From: Mytilus trossulus
Lineage: Eukaryota
Direction: 5' to 3'
DNA length: 64,000 bases
Assembly (NCBI RefSeq): GCF_036588685.1
Contig: NC_086376.1
Span: 3,782,001-3,846,000, forward strand
The notes under the pieces were generated by a model, which did no database searches, was not told where the DNA came from, and saw only the letters and a list, made by a program, of their open reading frames with translations. A program made the position numbers and the translations under genes. Below are positions 29,101 to 42,065 of this stretch, piece by piece (the stretch's first letter is position 1; the number at the start of each line of letters is the position of its first letter).

Positions 29101-32100
29101 CGTACTTGTGCAGCAAAACAGAAGCCCACTTTAGCTTGGTGATACGAACCTTGCCCATGTTTTCAAAACAAACTGGATACGTCATACTCATGACAGAACA
29201 ATTCACGAACACATTTACTCTTTCGAGACTTCATCCTTTCTCATTGTCACCTAGCTGCGTAACCGTAGCTCTTATGTCCTTGTGCTATTTTTTTACTATT
29301 TGCAGAACAGCTGCGGAAACGGTCCGCAGCTAATTGTCATCTAGTTCCTCCTTTTCAAAAGAAAATAATAAAATACCACTTGTATATGATACTTATTTGA
29401 GACAGCGTATGTTTACCTTATGGTAGGGTATGTAAATATCTGTTCTTATTGCTATTTTCACTTTAGAAATTTGGATGTGATGGTATAGTAGGATCCAAAG
29501 TTACCAAGGATATTTGTGGTGTCTGTGATGGAGATGGTTCTACGTGTAAAATGGTTCAAGATGTTTATGAAGATGACAAATTGAAATACGGATATAATTT
29601 AGTAACCATTATTCCATCTGGAGCTACAGCAATAAACGTTACACAACTGCGAATCGGCAGAAATTATCTGGGTAATTAAATATAAATTAATGTGTCTGTA
29701 TGTTAGGCGTTCATGCGTACCTGATGGTGAGATTCAAGAAACATATATACTATGTGCACTAAAATTAGTAAAGGGGGATGACACAGTTTTGAAAGGTGGG
29801 ATATAGGGGTTCAAAAGTTGGTATGTTGAATATAGGGATAAAACAAATTAGGGATGTCGGATATAAAAAATATGGGGATTTAGGATGTAAGGGGTAAAAA
29901 GGTAGAATGTGGGATTAGGATGTTACCAAACATTTATCGTTAAACTTTTTCTCGGAAATTGACTTTAAATTAATTCCAATTATGGAAAATTCAGATAGGG
30001 GATTCGGACGCTCGAAATTGATAAAGTGTTAATTTTCATTTTTTCTCATACTCATTATTCTTTTATGTTTTCATTATTGATATGAGCTGATATTGAAATT
30101 CATTTGATAATCTTTTTCAGCCCTAAAATTAAAGAATGGACAATACATTATTAATGGCCATCGTAGATTGTCCGCACCTGGTCAGTACGAAGGTGCGGGA
30201 ACGACATTCACCTATAAAAACCGTGCTTCAAAACATTGTCCTGGTGAATGCTTACTTGCAGATGGTCCAACAAATGAAGACCTAGAAGTGATGGTAATTT
30301 ATGGTCTACTCAAATTTTACTGACCACTTAATAAGTAATAATATTTGTTTTATGGCCAATAAATGTTCGTTTGGATAATATTTGAAACCATAGAACTCGG
30401 TAATATAGAGGAAATATTTGACATATGCAAATAGGAAGGTGAAACTTTCAGTGCAAATCTTATGTATTTTTATATGTTTTAAAAAGTAAATAATCTTTTA
30501 ATAAGTGACATATTTACCGTCCTGCTGTGGGGAGAAAAAAACAGTTCGAAAGGTCACTGAAGTTAATATTTCGTTATCGATTATTTTCATAACTTCTTAT
30601 TACAATTTTCCCAATGGTTTCTGAACGCTTCCAATATAAGTGTTCAAGTTATAACTTAAAAAATATGCTACTTACATATACGAAATATGTTATCTAATTT
30701 GAAAAGAGGGAAGACAGATACCAGAGGGACAGTCAAACTCATAAATCGAAAATAAACTGACAACGTCATGGCTAAAAATGAAAAAGACAAACAGACCAAC
30801 AATAAAATTGAGAAAGGAAATGGGGAATGTGTCAAAGCGACAACAACCCGACCATAGAGTAGTCAACAGCCGAAGGCCACCAATGGGTCTTCAATGTTGC
30901 GACAAACGAGTTACGACGTAAGGAACATATCCGATATCATTTGTAAAACGGTTATTCCATAACGGTCAACCAACTCGTGATGGCGTCCGTAAACGATATA
31001 TTAGTCTTTTTTCAAAAAATGGTCAAGATTAAGATTGTGACTGTTAAGCAAAGAATGGCCACTGTAGGTACAATATCGTATCGGTCTGACGAGTTAACCC
31101 TTTTCCACTGATTCGTTAGCAAAGAATGGCCACTGTAGGTACAATATCGTATCGGTCTGACGAGTTAACCCTTTTCCACTGATTCGTTAGCAAAGAATGG
31201 CCACTGTAGGTACAATATCGTATCGGTCTGACGAGTTAACCCTTTTCCACTGATTCGTTAGCAAAGAATGGCCACTGTAGGTACAATATCGTATCGGTCT
31301 GACGAGTTAACCCTTTTCCACTGATTCGTTAGCAAAGAATGGCCACTGTAGGTACAATATCGTATCGGTCTGACGAGTTAACCCTTTTCCACTGATTCGT
31401 TAGCAAAGAATGGCCACTGTAGGTACAATATCGTATCGGTCTGACGGGTTAACCCTTTTCCACTGATTCGTATAGTGTGTTTTATGATGTTAAACCATTT
31501 TATGTTGAGGGTTTAATACCAGAAAACATGTTTAACCCCACCACATTCTGTTTGTTCTCTTCCAAAGAAATTAATACAGTAGTTGTTGATGTATATCATA
31601 TATTTGGGGTTTTTTTTTGGGTTTTTTTTGGTACTTATTATATCTCTATATTTAGGCCGGTTGGTTTCTCGTTTGTATCTCTGGTGTAGAGAGTTGTTTC
31701 ATATGTGAAAATACTGAATCTTTTTTTATACTAGTAGATTGATTGTTTTGTAGACGTGTTTTAACATGCAGTGTCGATATGTTTAATGGTTTCAATATAC
31801 GTTAGTCTTTACCAAGTCAGACGAGTGGTCGCATGGTAGCACGTATTCGGAGATCACCATTTCAAACATGGATTGAAATGAACTTGAGTTTCAAAACACA
31901 CTTACAGGATTCTGAACCTAAGTTTAAAAAAAGTAATTTAAAATTGTTATGCGTTGATTTTCGTTTGCGTTTATCATACATGCGAGGCAATGACGAAAAC
32001 GAACTGACAATATATATGAACAGTAAAACTCACAATTTAGAAACTAAAGAACGTGCAATACAAGCCCCCTCCCCCTGAACCGGAATAAAAACCGGTGCTA

Positions 32101-35100
32101 CAGTGGTAGGCAATTCCTGCTCCACGTGCGGCATGTCCTCCATATTTAGTTATATGGTTATTTACTATTATGGTTTGTGTTTTAAATATACTTCTCAGTT
32201 ATGATAAAATCTTATTTCAGTTGTTATATTTTGGGAGAAACACTGGTGTTTTGTACAAATTTGGATATCCCATTGACCGAAATGGTATGCTAAAATACCA
32301 AGATCTTTCTCTCGCTAATGGAAACTCTGGGAATTCTATTCGTATTGAAGGTGGCGAAGAAAGACATGCCTCTACTACAAACTATTTAAGTAACGGGTTT
32401 AGTGACAGAAATAACAGAAATCATGACTACAACGGAGATAATGATTATTACAATGCTGTCTTAGGTAACTCTAGAAATAGAAATACTCAATCGAATGGAA
32501 ATCCCGATAGGAGGGGAAACACTGGTTCGAATACATATCAAGATTCGAATAGAAACCAAGAAAGAAATAGAAATCAAGATTCGAATAGGAACCAAGAAAG
32601 AAATAGAAATCAAGATAGAAATAGAAATCAAGATTCGAATAGGAACCAAGAAAGAAATAGAAATCAAGATTCGAATAGAAACCAAGATAGAAATAGAAAT
32701 TCCGAATGGAATAGAAACCGAGATAGACATACGAACCGGAATGACGGAACTAGGAATATATATACTAACAACAGAGGACTTCCACAGACAGAAAGATATG
32801 ATGCAACAGTTGTTATAGAAGAAAGTCAAAGAAGGCCTGATAGAAATCAACCTAAGGACAAAATGGAGAAAAGTTACTATATTTCATCCATTTCTGGCGG
32901 GAAAAATCTGCCGATACCTGCCTATACTCAAAGTTTTCCATTTATGGATAAAATGAAGGATAAAATGCACAAAAATGGAATTTTAGCAAATGGTCAAAAT
33001 GATCCTATGTACCAAAAAACTGGAGCTCTCAGTGATAATGGTAGAAAACCTATCATCGTGTCAGATCCTTTAGACCCTCAAACGGCTCCAGTCATTTATA
33101 ACTGGAGAGTCATTGGTTATACAGATTGTAATAGGACTTGTGGATCAGGTAATTATCATACGCGTTAAACATCTACTAGGATCGGGTTCTTGTCATTTTC
33201 CTTAAAATATAATTGTTTAAAAAAGATTGCCAATGAGACAACTATCCACAAAAGACCAAAATGACACAAACATTAACAACTATAGGTCACCGTACGGCCT
33301 TTAACAATGAGCAAAGCCCATACCGCATACCACATAGTCAGCTATAAAAGGCCCCGATAAGACAATGTAGAACAATTCAAACGAGAAAACTAACGGCCTT
33401 ATTTATTTAAAAAAAAAATGAACGAAAAACAAATATGTAACACATAAACAAACGACAACCACTGAATTACAGGCTCCTGACTTGGTACAGGCACATACAT
33501 AAATAATGTGGCGGGGTTAAAGATGTTAACGGGATCCCAACCCTCCCCTAACCTGGGACAGTGGTTTAACAGTACAACATAAGAACGAACTATAAAAATC
33601 AGTTGAAAATAGCTTCACTCAACAGATAGACAAAAAATACAAGTGGACGTGGCCGGGTACTTATACATCCCGACACAAAAAGACACAATGAACAGATCTG
33701 AGAGTACTCGCAGTTATCTGACAGCTAGTTCAAAACCACTAACAACTAATAAAAAAATCATGCCTCTAAGACTAAACAATTGCCAATTTGTTTAAAGTTT
33801 TTTTTAAGATTAGTTTTGCTTCTTTTTCGTTTGCTTACTCTTTGTTTCCTGCTCCTTTTTTTGTTGTAATGACTTCCTGCAAACCTGAAAAAGCTTACTT
33901 TTAAAACAAATAGCCATGCGCCTGCAAAAGACATTATTCCATGTAAATACATTGTAATACATGTACTTTTTATATATAGATTAGACCGTTGTTTTCCCGT
34001 TTGAATGGTTATACACTAGTATTTTAGGGGCCCTTTATAGCTTGTTGTTTAGTGTGAGCCAAGGCTCCTTGTTGAAGGCGGTACATTGACCTATGATGGT
34101 TTACTTTTTTAAATTGTTATTTGGATGGACAGTTGTTTCATTGGCACTCACACCACATCTTCCTATATCTACTTCATGGGTATAACATGGATGTAATTTT
34201 ACCTAGCAAACAAAATGCAACCGCATAGCAAATGTTTATTATATATATCTTGTAAACATCGATTTTAGGTTAAAATGTGACATAATTAATGGTAGAATAC
34301 AATTATATAAAAAAAATCTTATAAAGAATGATCCTTGCAAATCAAACTAAAATATATACATACATGTTCAATCAGTATTACTTATATTGCAATATTAAAA
34401 AAAGTATATGCACACAAATGAAGAAAAATAATGCAGAAAGTTCCATATTTTTACAACATAACATTACTTACTATTAAAGATTAGAACATGTCTTATATGT
34501 TTTGAAGTGAACTCAATGAATCGAAAACCGCTCTAAAAATGTAGGCCATGCATTTTGCAAAATTTCTCAACGTTTATTTAACATCTTGTATGCTTTCGTA
34601 TTTAGTACCAGGTGTATACTATAAATTTATTCTTATTTTACTTGACAGGGATTCAACATCCTATCGTTAAGTGCGTGCGTGCTTCAAAAGAAGTTCTTGA
34701 AACTCATTGCAGAAAATTACCAAGACCCGACGAAACACCAAGAGATTGTAACACTCAGGCCTGTCCCGCAAGGTTAGAAGTGAATAAGATATATATATAT
34801 ATATAAAATACTTTTATGAACGTTTTAACCTTCTTTATACGTTAAATCAAATTTGATCTTAAATTTAAAATTTATTTTAAGTTAATGGGCGCATAAAAGT
34901 TAATGACGGGAAAATCTACTTTATGTGTTCAAATAGGTGTGATTGTGTACTTGATATACTGAACTTGAAAGTAAAAAGAATTTTACCGTTCCAAATGTAT
35001 CTGATGATGAAATAATGATAGGGTACAGATTTTGAATAATGATACACAATTTGAAACATAATATTGCAATTTAGCTAACATGTATTTTCAAAACTTATGG

Positions 35101-38100
35101 TTGATTATTCGAAGAAAAACAATTGATATCGTATATAGATAAAATGAAATTTTCAGTTGCTTTCATGTTACCTTATAGTATCCCTTTTAAAGCATATTGG
35201 TTCACATAAGTTCTATTTAGTTTTAGTCCAGTTCTCTTATAACACTGATGTAATATTTAGCATCTAGTAATCGATTGCTGGTTGATTTAAGTTTGAGGGG
35301 AAAGCAACTAAAATATAATTGTTAATTTATTGTAGCTGGGAAGCATCACCATGGACTTCTTGTAGTACAACGTGTGATGATGGGATGCAAATAAGAAACA
35401 TTTCCTGTTTAAAAGAAGTCGCAGATTCTCTGTTCCTCGAAAGTACATTGGACGAATGCTCACATCTAGATGCACCCAAAACATTTAGACATTGCAAAGT
35501 AGAAGATTGCTTCAAATGGTCCTCTGATCAATGGAGCGAGGTAACATTATGGTATATTTGATGCGGTATTCGGAAAGAAGCCTTCTGAAATCCTGTTGCC
35601 TTTTTGGATGATTCCCACTATATTTTTGTTAAAAGACCGCTGCTTGAAACTATAGCAGTAGTTCATGCTTGAGAACTGTTATAAAAACAAAACGGCCACT
35701 TTGAAGATAAAGTATATACACCATGTACAGTTTAAGGGAACTAATAGCGTGTAATAACTATGTTTTTAAAAAGTAAGAAACAATGTTTTCAGTCTTTTTT
35801 AGCAGCGAGAATAAGTGCATTTTATATCTTTTGAATATTTGGTATAGATGCTTATTTTTTTATTCATCCCTCAATTTTGCATTTAAGTTAAGTTTGTAAA
35901 TAGTTATCTCGTTTACATTCTAATACGGACTCCTTCCTCAATACCATCTTTGTGGATTACGAAGTTGTTTCATCAATTCAATGTTGCACCTGCACATGTG
36001 TTATTAATATTTATTTTACAAATATGAACAGGATAATTTCTTCTATTCTAGTGCTCTACAAACTGTGGTGAAGGTTTAAAGACACGAACAGTTAATTGTA
36101 CGTCAGCAGATGGTCTTATCGTAAACGACATATACTGTAACAGCACTGACATGCCACCGGAAGAGGAAGGATGTTATTCTACAACCTGCGAAGAATATGA
36201 ATACAGTGCCGCTTGGTATTCTACGAGTTGGGAGGAACAGGTATGCCATCTTTCTTTTTTTTGTAAGCCTCTTTGCTTCATTTTTATGCAGGCAATTCCT
36301 AATTAAGTTCAAGAAACGTCACATGATGTTTCCAAATATTTAGAATTGAAGCACTTTGTTTTAATTTACTATTCATCAGCTATGCAACTAGACAACACTA
36401 AGTCTAAATTCAACATCTCAGGTCAATGCATCAGTTACTTGCTTTAAATTTCAATGTTACTATTCTAATAATATATGGATAGTCATCCTCAATCAAAGAT
36501 GTTACTATTAATCAAATGATTAATGTCAATCTGTTATTCAAGCCAATATGAGTAAGCATGAAGGATACAGAGCAGTCTGTTTTCATTTGTGTTTGTCAGA
36601 CAATTGAAAGGACACAATTTTGCCTTGATTTTGATGTGGTCATCTGAAATCTATTACCAATTGTAAAATGATTAGTGTCAAGTTATTTCTTAGAATGATT
36701 TCACTGAATAGTGTTTCGATACTTGTCTCTTTGAGTTTATTACTTTTAAAGATGTAATTTGCATTTTCTACATGTATTGTATTGTTTTCTGTAAAACATG
36801 ATTTGAAAATGGTGGACAAAATTTTAACCTTATAATACGTTTTTATTATATATGTTATCTTTTACCCTAAAGTGTCCAGTTACATGTGGCGTAAGTAAGC
36901 AGAGACGCAGGGTTGTTTGTGTAAGTGAAAACCCATCAGGTCCAGACTGTGAAGAGGGCGGGAAACCAGAAGATGAACGTGAATGCAGAGCACGTCAGAA
37001 TTGTAATGGTTATTGGTTCAGTGGTCCTTGGCTACAGGTTTGTTTTTGTTCCTGCTACATGTTCGGTTGTTATTATCAATATGTGACGAAAGGAATAAAT
37101 GTAAAAGTGTTCCGAATGGTACTTTAGCAAATACTTTTATCGGTAATAATTTTCTAGTAACCTGGTTTTAATTTATTTATTAGCTATCTTTCGTTCCGTT
37201 TTTATATTGCTTCTAAATAGTATACATCAATATTCTTGATGCATATTTTCGTAGCGTTAGATACATGTTTCTTGAACTACCATCTTTGCCTAGGTTAACA
37301 TTTTTGGAAGTCAAATTATGTTTGTGAACCCGATTTTCAGAAAGGAATTAAATACACAGGCCAGTTGTTATTTGATCTTAAGTTGATATTTCTTCCGGGA
37401 ACCATACCACACCTCCTTATATTTTACTTTTACAGCACACGTTGCTTTGGAACATGGAGAGTTGCAATTCTAGTTCAGTCAGTCCTGAAGCATATTTCAA
37501 TTTTAAATATTGTATGGTTCCGGTGTACATTTTATGCGACTCATTTCAATTTAATAAGAAATATGTTTACTGTTTGATTGGTATTTCAGTGTAATTCTAC
37601 CTGCGGTGAGGGAACTAGAAGCCGTCAGGTCCTATGTTTACGAGAAAATGGAAATACAGCTCATGAGGTTATACCAAATAGTTATTGCGATATGGATGAG
37701 AGACCTGTCGAGCATGAAATTTGTAAATCCTCATCATGTCCGCCAGAATGGTTCATGACTGAATGGAGTCAGGTATATGATGTTCTAATAAAAATTCTTT
37801 AGGAACGTGTATAAATTCTGCATATGTTGTATTGATTTCCATAAAAAAAATCTACGGAAGGATGCGTCCTGAAAAACAAACTGACATATTTCTTTGCATA
37901 ATAATAGAGAACATTACAAATGTCGAATTTAATACAAAAATAGTACAAATATAGACAGTATACTGAACGGAAGAAATAAAGAAGGGTTAATATTTATTTT
38001 TTTATTTTCATTAAACAAATACTTGTTGTTTTAACACACAAAAAAGTACGTCCACCTTGTCTTTATGTCTAACAAAATAACAGAAATAGCTTTAATATAA

Positions 38101-39425
38101 TATTTATTATTATTTTAAAGTGTTCTGTAACCTGTGACAAAGGAGAGAGATCACGTGACGTGTTGTGTATTGACACAGATAACCGTGAGGTGAATGCCTG
38201 TGATATTACCATGAAACCAAGCAACTCAGAGGAATGTGGGACTAACCCTTGTAATAGTTATACAGATCCTTCGGGTGAGTAACATGTATTTGGTTAGCAT
38301 CTTGAAATGTAGTATGTATCTCCAAGTTATTAAGATATTTTTAAAAGAGCTTTTAAGATATTTAACATAACGGGTGCACATATCGGAGCAGAACCTGCTT
38401 GTCATTCTAGCCTTTGAAATCACTGCAGTCACAGTGGTGTTTCTGTTGATAGATTTTAGTTTTCTAAGTTGTGAATTGTGTACACTGTCTTATCGTCGTC
38501 TAGCATTTATGTTTCTTTGGGGAGAGGATTTTTGCGTTGTAACTTTTCTAGGTTTGTAAGTTTTGAATGTTCCCTGGTATTTGCCACCTCTTTCTTTGTT
38601 TTTTATAAATCTATAAATTTTCCATCGGAACATTTAATACAGCAATAAAATCATATTAGTTTCAATCACTGACATATGTGCATGTTGACTTCCTCGATGA
38701 CTTGAAATCCACCTGCAGTAGTATATATATAATTTACAAATTTGATTCGTCAGAAAGACTTTTCTGGTGACATTATCAATGCTACAGGAATATACTGAAC
38801 TATTTAATCTGTTATAAAATTCAATGCATACTAAATATATGCATATTTTGGTTTTGCCCCTTCCAAATGAAGGTAAATAAAAAAAATAAAGCAACAGTTT
38901 TTTCTATCTTTTGTAATCATTAAATTTCATACAACAACAAAAAAGACAACGCCATGGGTAAAAATCAAAAGACTAACAGACAAATCACAGTACAAAAGAC
39001 ACTACATAGAAAATTAAAAACTAAGCTACACAAACCCAACCAAAATACTGGGGGTGATCTCAGGTGCTCCGGAAAGGGTAGTAAGCAGATTCTGCTATAC
39101 ACGAATGTCGAATTATGAAATAGACAAACACGCGAATAAAATGGTAAAAATCGACTGAATTCCTGACAAATGAGACCAGGTGTGTCGACATAAAAATAAG
39201 ATCTTACTCGCTATGTTCACATCTTTTTTGTGTAATTTCTACGTTATACAATGTTTCAAGGTCAGATGCATTACAAAACATGTATTGTAATAGAAGAAAA
39301 CATTTTGTTTTACAGAAAGATGTGAAGATACATATCCAAACTGTCCATTAGTTATTCAAGCCGGAATGTGTAAGCATGACGGATACAGGGCAGTCTGTTG
39401 TCAATCGTGCCTGTCAAACAATTGA
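13995..39425 (+). CDS. ADAMTS-like secreted matrix protein (THSD4/ADAMTSL2/4/6-type architecture), spliced gene, 951 aa from these exons
   Basis: Exons 13995-14122, 24607-24664, 25643-25745, 26207-26337, 29467-29671, 30121-30293, 32221-33148, 34649-34772, 35336-35540, 36052-36240, 36873-37037, 37590-37772, 38121-38274 and 39316-39425. All have AG/GT boundaries and matching phases, and together they give 2856 nt in frame. Domains are TSP1, Cys-rich, spacer, low-complexity insert, 6 TSP1 and PLAC. No metalloprotease domain was seen. Confidence 0.9.
14620..15480 (-). mobile_element. Degenerate Penelope-like element fragment (same family as 45516-46230)
   Basis: The reverse strand contains FRYIDN and [11 protein letters not shown]-like segments and the shared 3' sequence. 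Confidence 0.8.
19116..19457 (+). mobile_element. HINE/pearl-like non-autonomous element with (GACG/GACA)n microsatellite
   Basis: aagaatgtgtc start, core repeat, gacggacg microsatellite, 3' short palindrome and ggcataaaaa end. Confidence 0.65.
20513..22047. mobile_element. Non-autonomous TIR DNA transposon, 1.5 kb
   Basis: Perfect 25-bp TIR aaacgtcgcacgatactggtgttac, flanked by CTTTG on both sides. Confidence 0.88.
22618..23190 (+). repeat. Copy of the Penelope-associated 3' repeat
   Basis: Reverse complement of ~2605-3150; partial copies at ~360-500, 10490-10720 and 24075-24285. Confidence 0.8.
24607..24664 (+). CDS. ADAMTSL exon: end of first TSP1
   Basis: [19 protein letters not shown]; tttcag / gtgagt. 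Confidence 0.85.
25643..25745 (+). CDS. ADAMTSL exon: Cys-rich module
   Basis: [18 protein letters not shown]…YRWLPY, resembling the ADAMTS FRxxQC…WxPY motif. Confidence 0.85.
26207..26337 (+). CDS. ADAMTSL exon: Cys-rich module
   Basis: [14 protein letters not shown]…INGTTC…SVCVEGVCH. Confidence 0.9.
29467..29671 (+). CDS. ADAMTSL exon: Cys-rich end / spacer start
   Basis: [27 protein letters not shown]…[17 protein letters not shown]…NYL. Confidence 0.92.
30121..30293 (+). CDS. ADAMTSL exon: spacer domain
   Basis: [13 protein letters not shown]…[13 protein letters not shown]…[13 protein letters not shown]. Confidence 0.92.
31048..31471. repeat. 71-bp minisatellite, 6 near-identical units
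   Basis: Unit starts at 31048, 31119, 31190, 31261, 31332 and 31403. Confidence 0.95.
32221..33148 (+). CDS. ADAMTSL large exon: spacer end, N/R/Q/D-rich repeat insert, start of TSP1 #2
   Basis: Lies within ORF 32170-33168. Reads [14 protein letters not shown] … ([12 protein letters not shown])n … [18 protein letters not shown], with acceptor tttcag and donor gtaatt. Confidence 0.9.
32539..32718 (+). repeat. Coding 18-nt tandem repeat (hexapeptide Q[D/E][S/R]NRN x9, plus degenerate copies)
   Basis: caagat/gaa tcg/aga aatagaaac/t units read directly. Confidence 0.9.
33222..33790 (+). repeat. Interspersed repeat family (gattgccaatgagacaact…)
   Basis: Inverted full copy at ~56712-57270; partial copies near 7125, 7965 and 57392-57630. 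Confidence 0.8.
34649..38274 (+). CDS. ADAMTSL exons encoding the C-terminal TSP1 array (34649-34772, 35336-35540, 36052-36240, 36873-37037, 37590-37772, 38121-38274)
   Basis: Repeated W..W..CS.TCG.G.R.R.V.C motifs, with canonical splice sites and phases. Confidence 0.92.
36495..36670 (+). pseudogene. Degenerate intronic duplicate of the PLAC terminal exon and start of the 3'UTR
   Basis: Aligns to 39316-39487 and reads [27 protein letters not shown]. Two Cys are lost and there is an in-frame TAA just upstream. Confidence 0.8.
39316..39425 (+). CDS. ADAMTSL terminal exon: PLAC domain and stop
   Basis: [36 protein letters not shown] shows the 6-Cys PLAC pattern. Confidence 0.9.
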
Positions 39426-42065
39426 AATGACACAAAACTGCCTTGATTTAGATATGGTCACCTGAAATCTATAAACAATGATAAAATATGAAAACGGGTA
39501 AAAGACTAAATGGAATTTACAATGATACAACAGTTGATGGTCTATTGTTTGGCTGTAAAGAACAGTTGTATTTGATATTTGTTTATTTACATGTATTTAA
39601 TGTTTTATAGTATTGCCAAAAAATCTGACCGTTGGTCATTCAATTTGATGAAATGCTGTATAAAATATAAACATTGTTATATAACTATTGAATGATATAA
39701 AGAGAGAAACGTACTAGAATGGAAGGGGACGTGACAAACATTGCCAAAAGAAAAAAGACACGAACTCGGTTCAACACCCAAACGTAATCATATTTAAATG
39801 CAGGCAGCATTATGTATTTATGCTTAATTCAAAATTACTCATTTAAAAGTGCCTTTTATTTCAAATATCGTCAGAATAACTAGTTAAGTACCTGCGAATG
39901 CTCAACTCTCTTTGCAAACAAGATAATAGAATTTCAAAATTTATTAATCAAATATATCTTTTTTCTTTTTACAATTCATTTGAAATATATGTATATGAAA
40001 TGATATCTGTTTATTCTATACGTTCATGCTATGTACAATTAAACCTTTATTTATGCCTCATAACGAAGTCTTAAAACGTACATTTGGTGTTTCTCTAAAC
40101 GTCAAATAACAGCGTTCGTATTCTGAAACGTAAATCAATGTTCATTATTTATAACGTCTATGTATAAAACAGAGGTGAAAAATACCAAGGAGACATTCAA
40201 AATACATAAGTCGAGATACACTGGCAACGCCATGGCAAAATAAATGAGAGACTAACAAACAGATAACATGTTAAAGATAAACACTACATAGAAAACTAAA
40301 GCGTGAGCGACACAACACGACACTTGAACACAGATACCAGATCCTGCTCCACTAGTGGCACACGTCGTTTGACTCATGGTAAGGACACATTATACGAAAC
40401 GTCTCTTTTAAAGTTATCACGATCGAGGAGGGGACGACGGGATTGGAGATCAGAAAGTTTGAATACATCGATGGTCCTCGGTGACACCGATAATACATAA
40501 CTGTCAAACAAACTCGTGATAGCTTTTTTAGCTTTTTGTGATAGAATTGAGAATGGAAATGGGGTTTGTGTCTATAGGACAACAACTCGACCAACGAGCA
40601 GAAAAAAGCGATTGCCACATGTTGTGTGTCCACTTTGGGTATTATGTTTCATAACTATATCATCAACCTGTGAGTTTCTTAAACAAATTACAAAAAAAAG
40701 TTAAAAAAAGGTGGACCATTTTCTGCTAACGTAGATGTTAAAACAAACAACATATTATTCGGCCGATTTAGATATACTAGATCTGCAGATATAAGATTCT
40801 GTAATATGACTTTGTGTTGTTTGTTAGTAACTATATTTCACATTTTGGAGATTTGTATATGAATATTACCGTGCTACATTTAGTTATATGAATATCATCT
40901 TTTGCCATTTGTATATGTTTTATTTGCATGTTAATGAATTGTACAAAATGTAAGATATTGCTTTGTCATCAATAAACTTAACGTGTAGATGTATTTTTAT
41001 ATTTATTTCAAAAGTTATTTTTTTTATATATTTATTTACCCAATGACTAATTTTGATCATATGTAATTGCAATGAAAAGATACATAAGTCATGTGTGAAA
41101 TACAATTCACTGTTTTCAACAAGAGTTATTACCCATTTCTCGTGAAAATATAATAGTGCAGTTTCTAAAAAAAAATGTATATATCAAGGACAACAGTAGT
41201 TTACCGAATTTCAAATCTCGCGAATCCACTTGGTATAAACAAATAGGATACTATAAAGCTGACTGAATCGTGTCTGCTACTACAGGGGCGACACTTTTTG
41301 TGCATCTACAAAGAAACGTCTCTTGTGAAACATGCATCACGTACCATGCGGATCAACACTTCGAAGAAAAGTCGCAAATGGGAAAAAGACTTAATCTGCT
41401 TGTTTATTTAAGTTAATTTCAACTGATCTTGTTGAATTAAGAAGGACATAGCATAACTGGCACTACTTCAATTAAAATATTAAAGAGTATGTAATGAATT
41501 AACGGTACCAATTGTTTTGTACCAGATGTGCAATTTAGCCATTAATGTCTCTTTAAGTTCAAATTTGTTCAAATTTTACAAAAGTTTATATTCTTAAACT
41601 AGTTTGTTGATAAATGAGTCAGTCCCACGATAAAACATTGTGATTGCTTTATAACACTTGATACTCTCAGGAGCATACATGGCTCAACTTGATCAATCAT
41701 TAAGAATATAAAATGGTCATCATTTTCACCATTATACTACATGTAGTAACATAGCTATATTTTGTGCAATGTCAATTTCATCATGGAGAACTTTTTCACC
41801 AATCAGGGGTTCTTAAAGGATGAAACTAATTTTGTAATTAGTATTACAATTTAAATAGCTATATGTATTAAATTAAGTTGCAGTATAAAAACAATATTAG
41901 GTAGAACTGAGCTCTTCACCAGTTTTGCACGGAATACAAAAAGTTTATATTTTTCTGACATTGGCCTGATATTGTATATCTATAGGATGCTATTTGAAGA
42001 TTTCGTTGAAAATTTAACCTATCAAGTAATATTTGCATGTCTTCTTAAAATGTTCAATACCTTTG

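Noticed and set aside
31048-31471. CRISPR-like array or tandem hammerheads
   Set aside because: The units are contiguous and near-identical with no unique spacers. CUGACGA is present, but there is no GAAA core or stem II.
32461-32850. Overlapping ORFs 32461-32850(-) and 32495-32818(+) with IS/IE repeats
   Set aside because: Shadow frames of the stop-free 18-nt coding repeat
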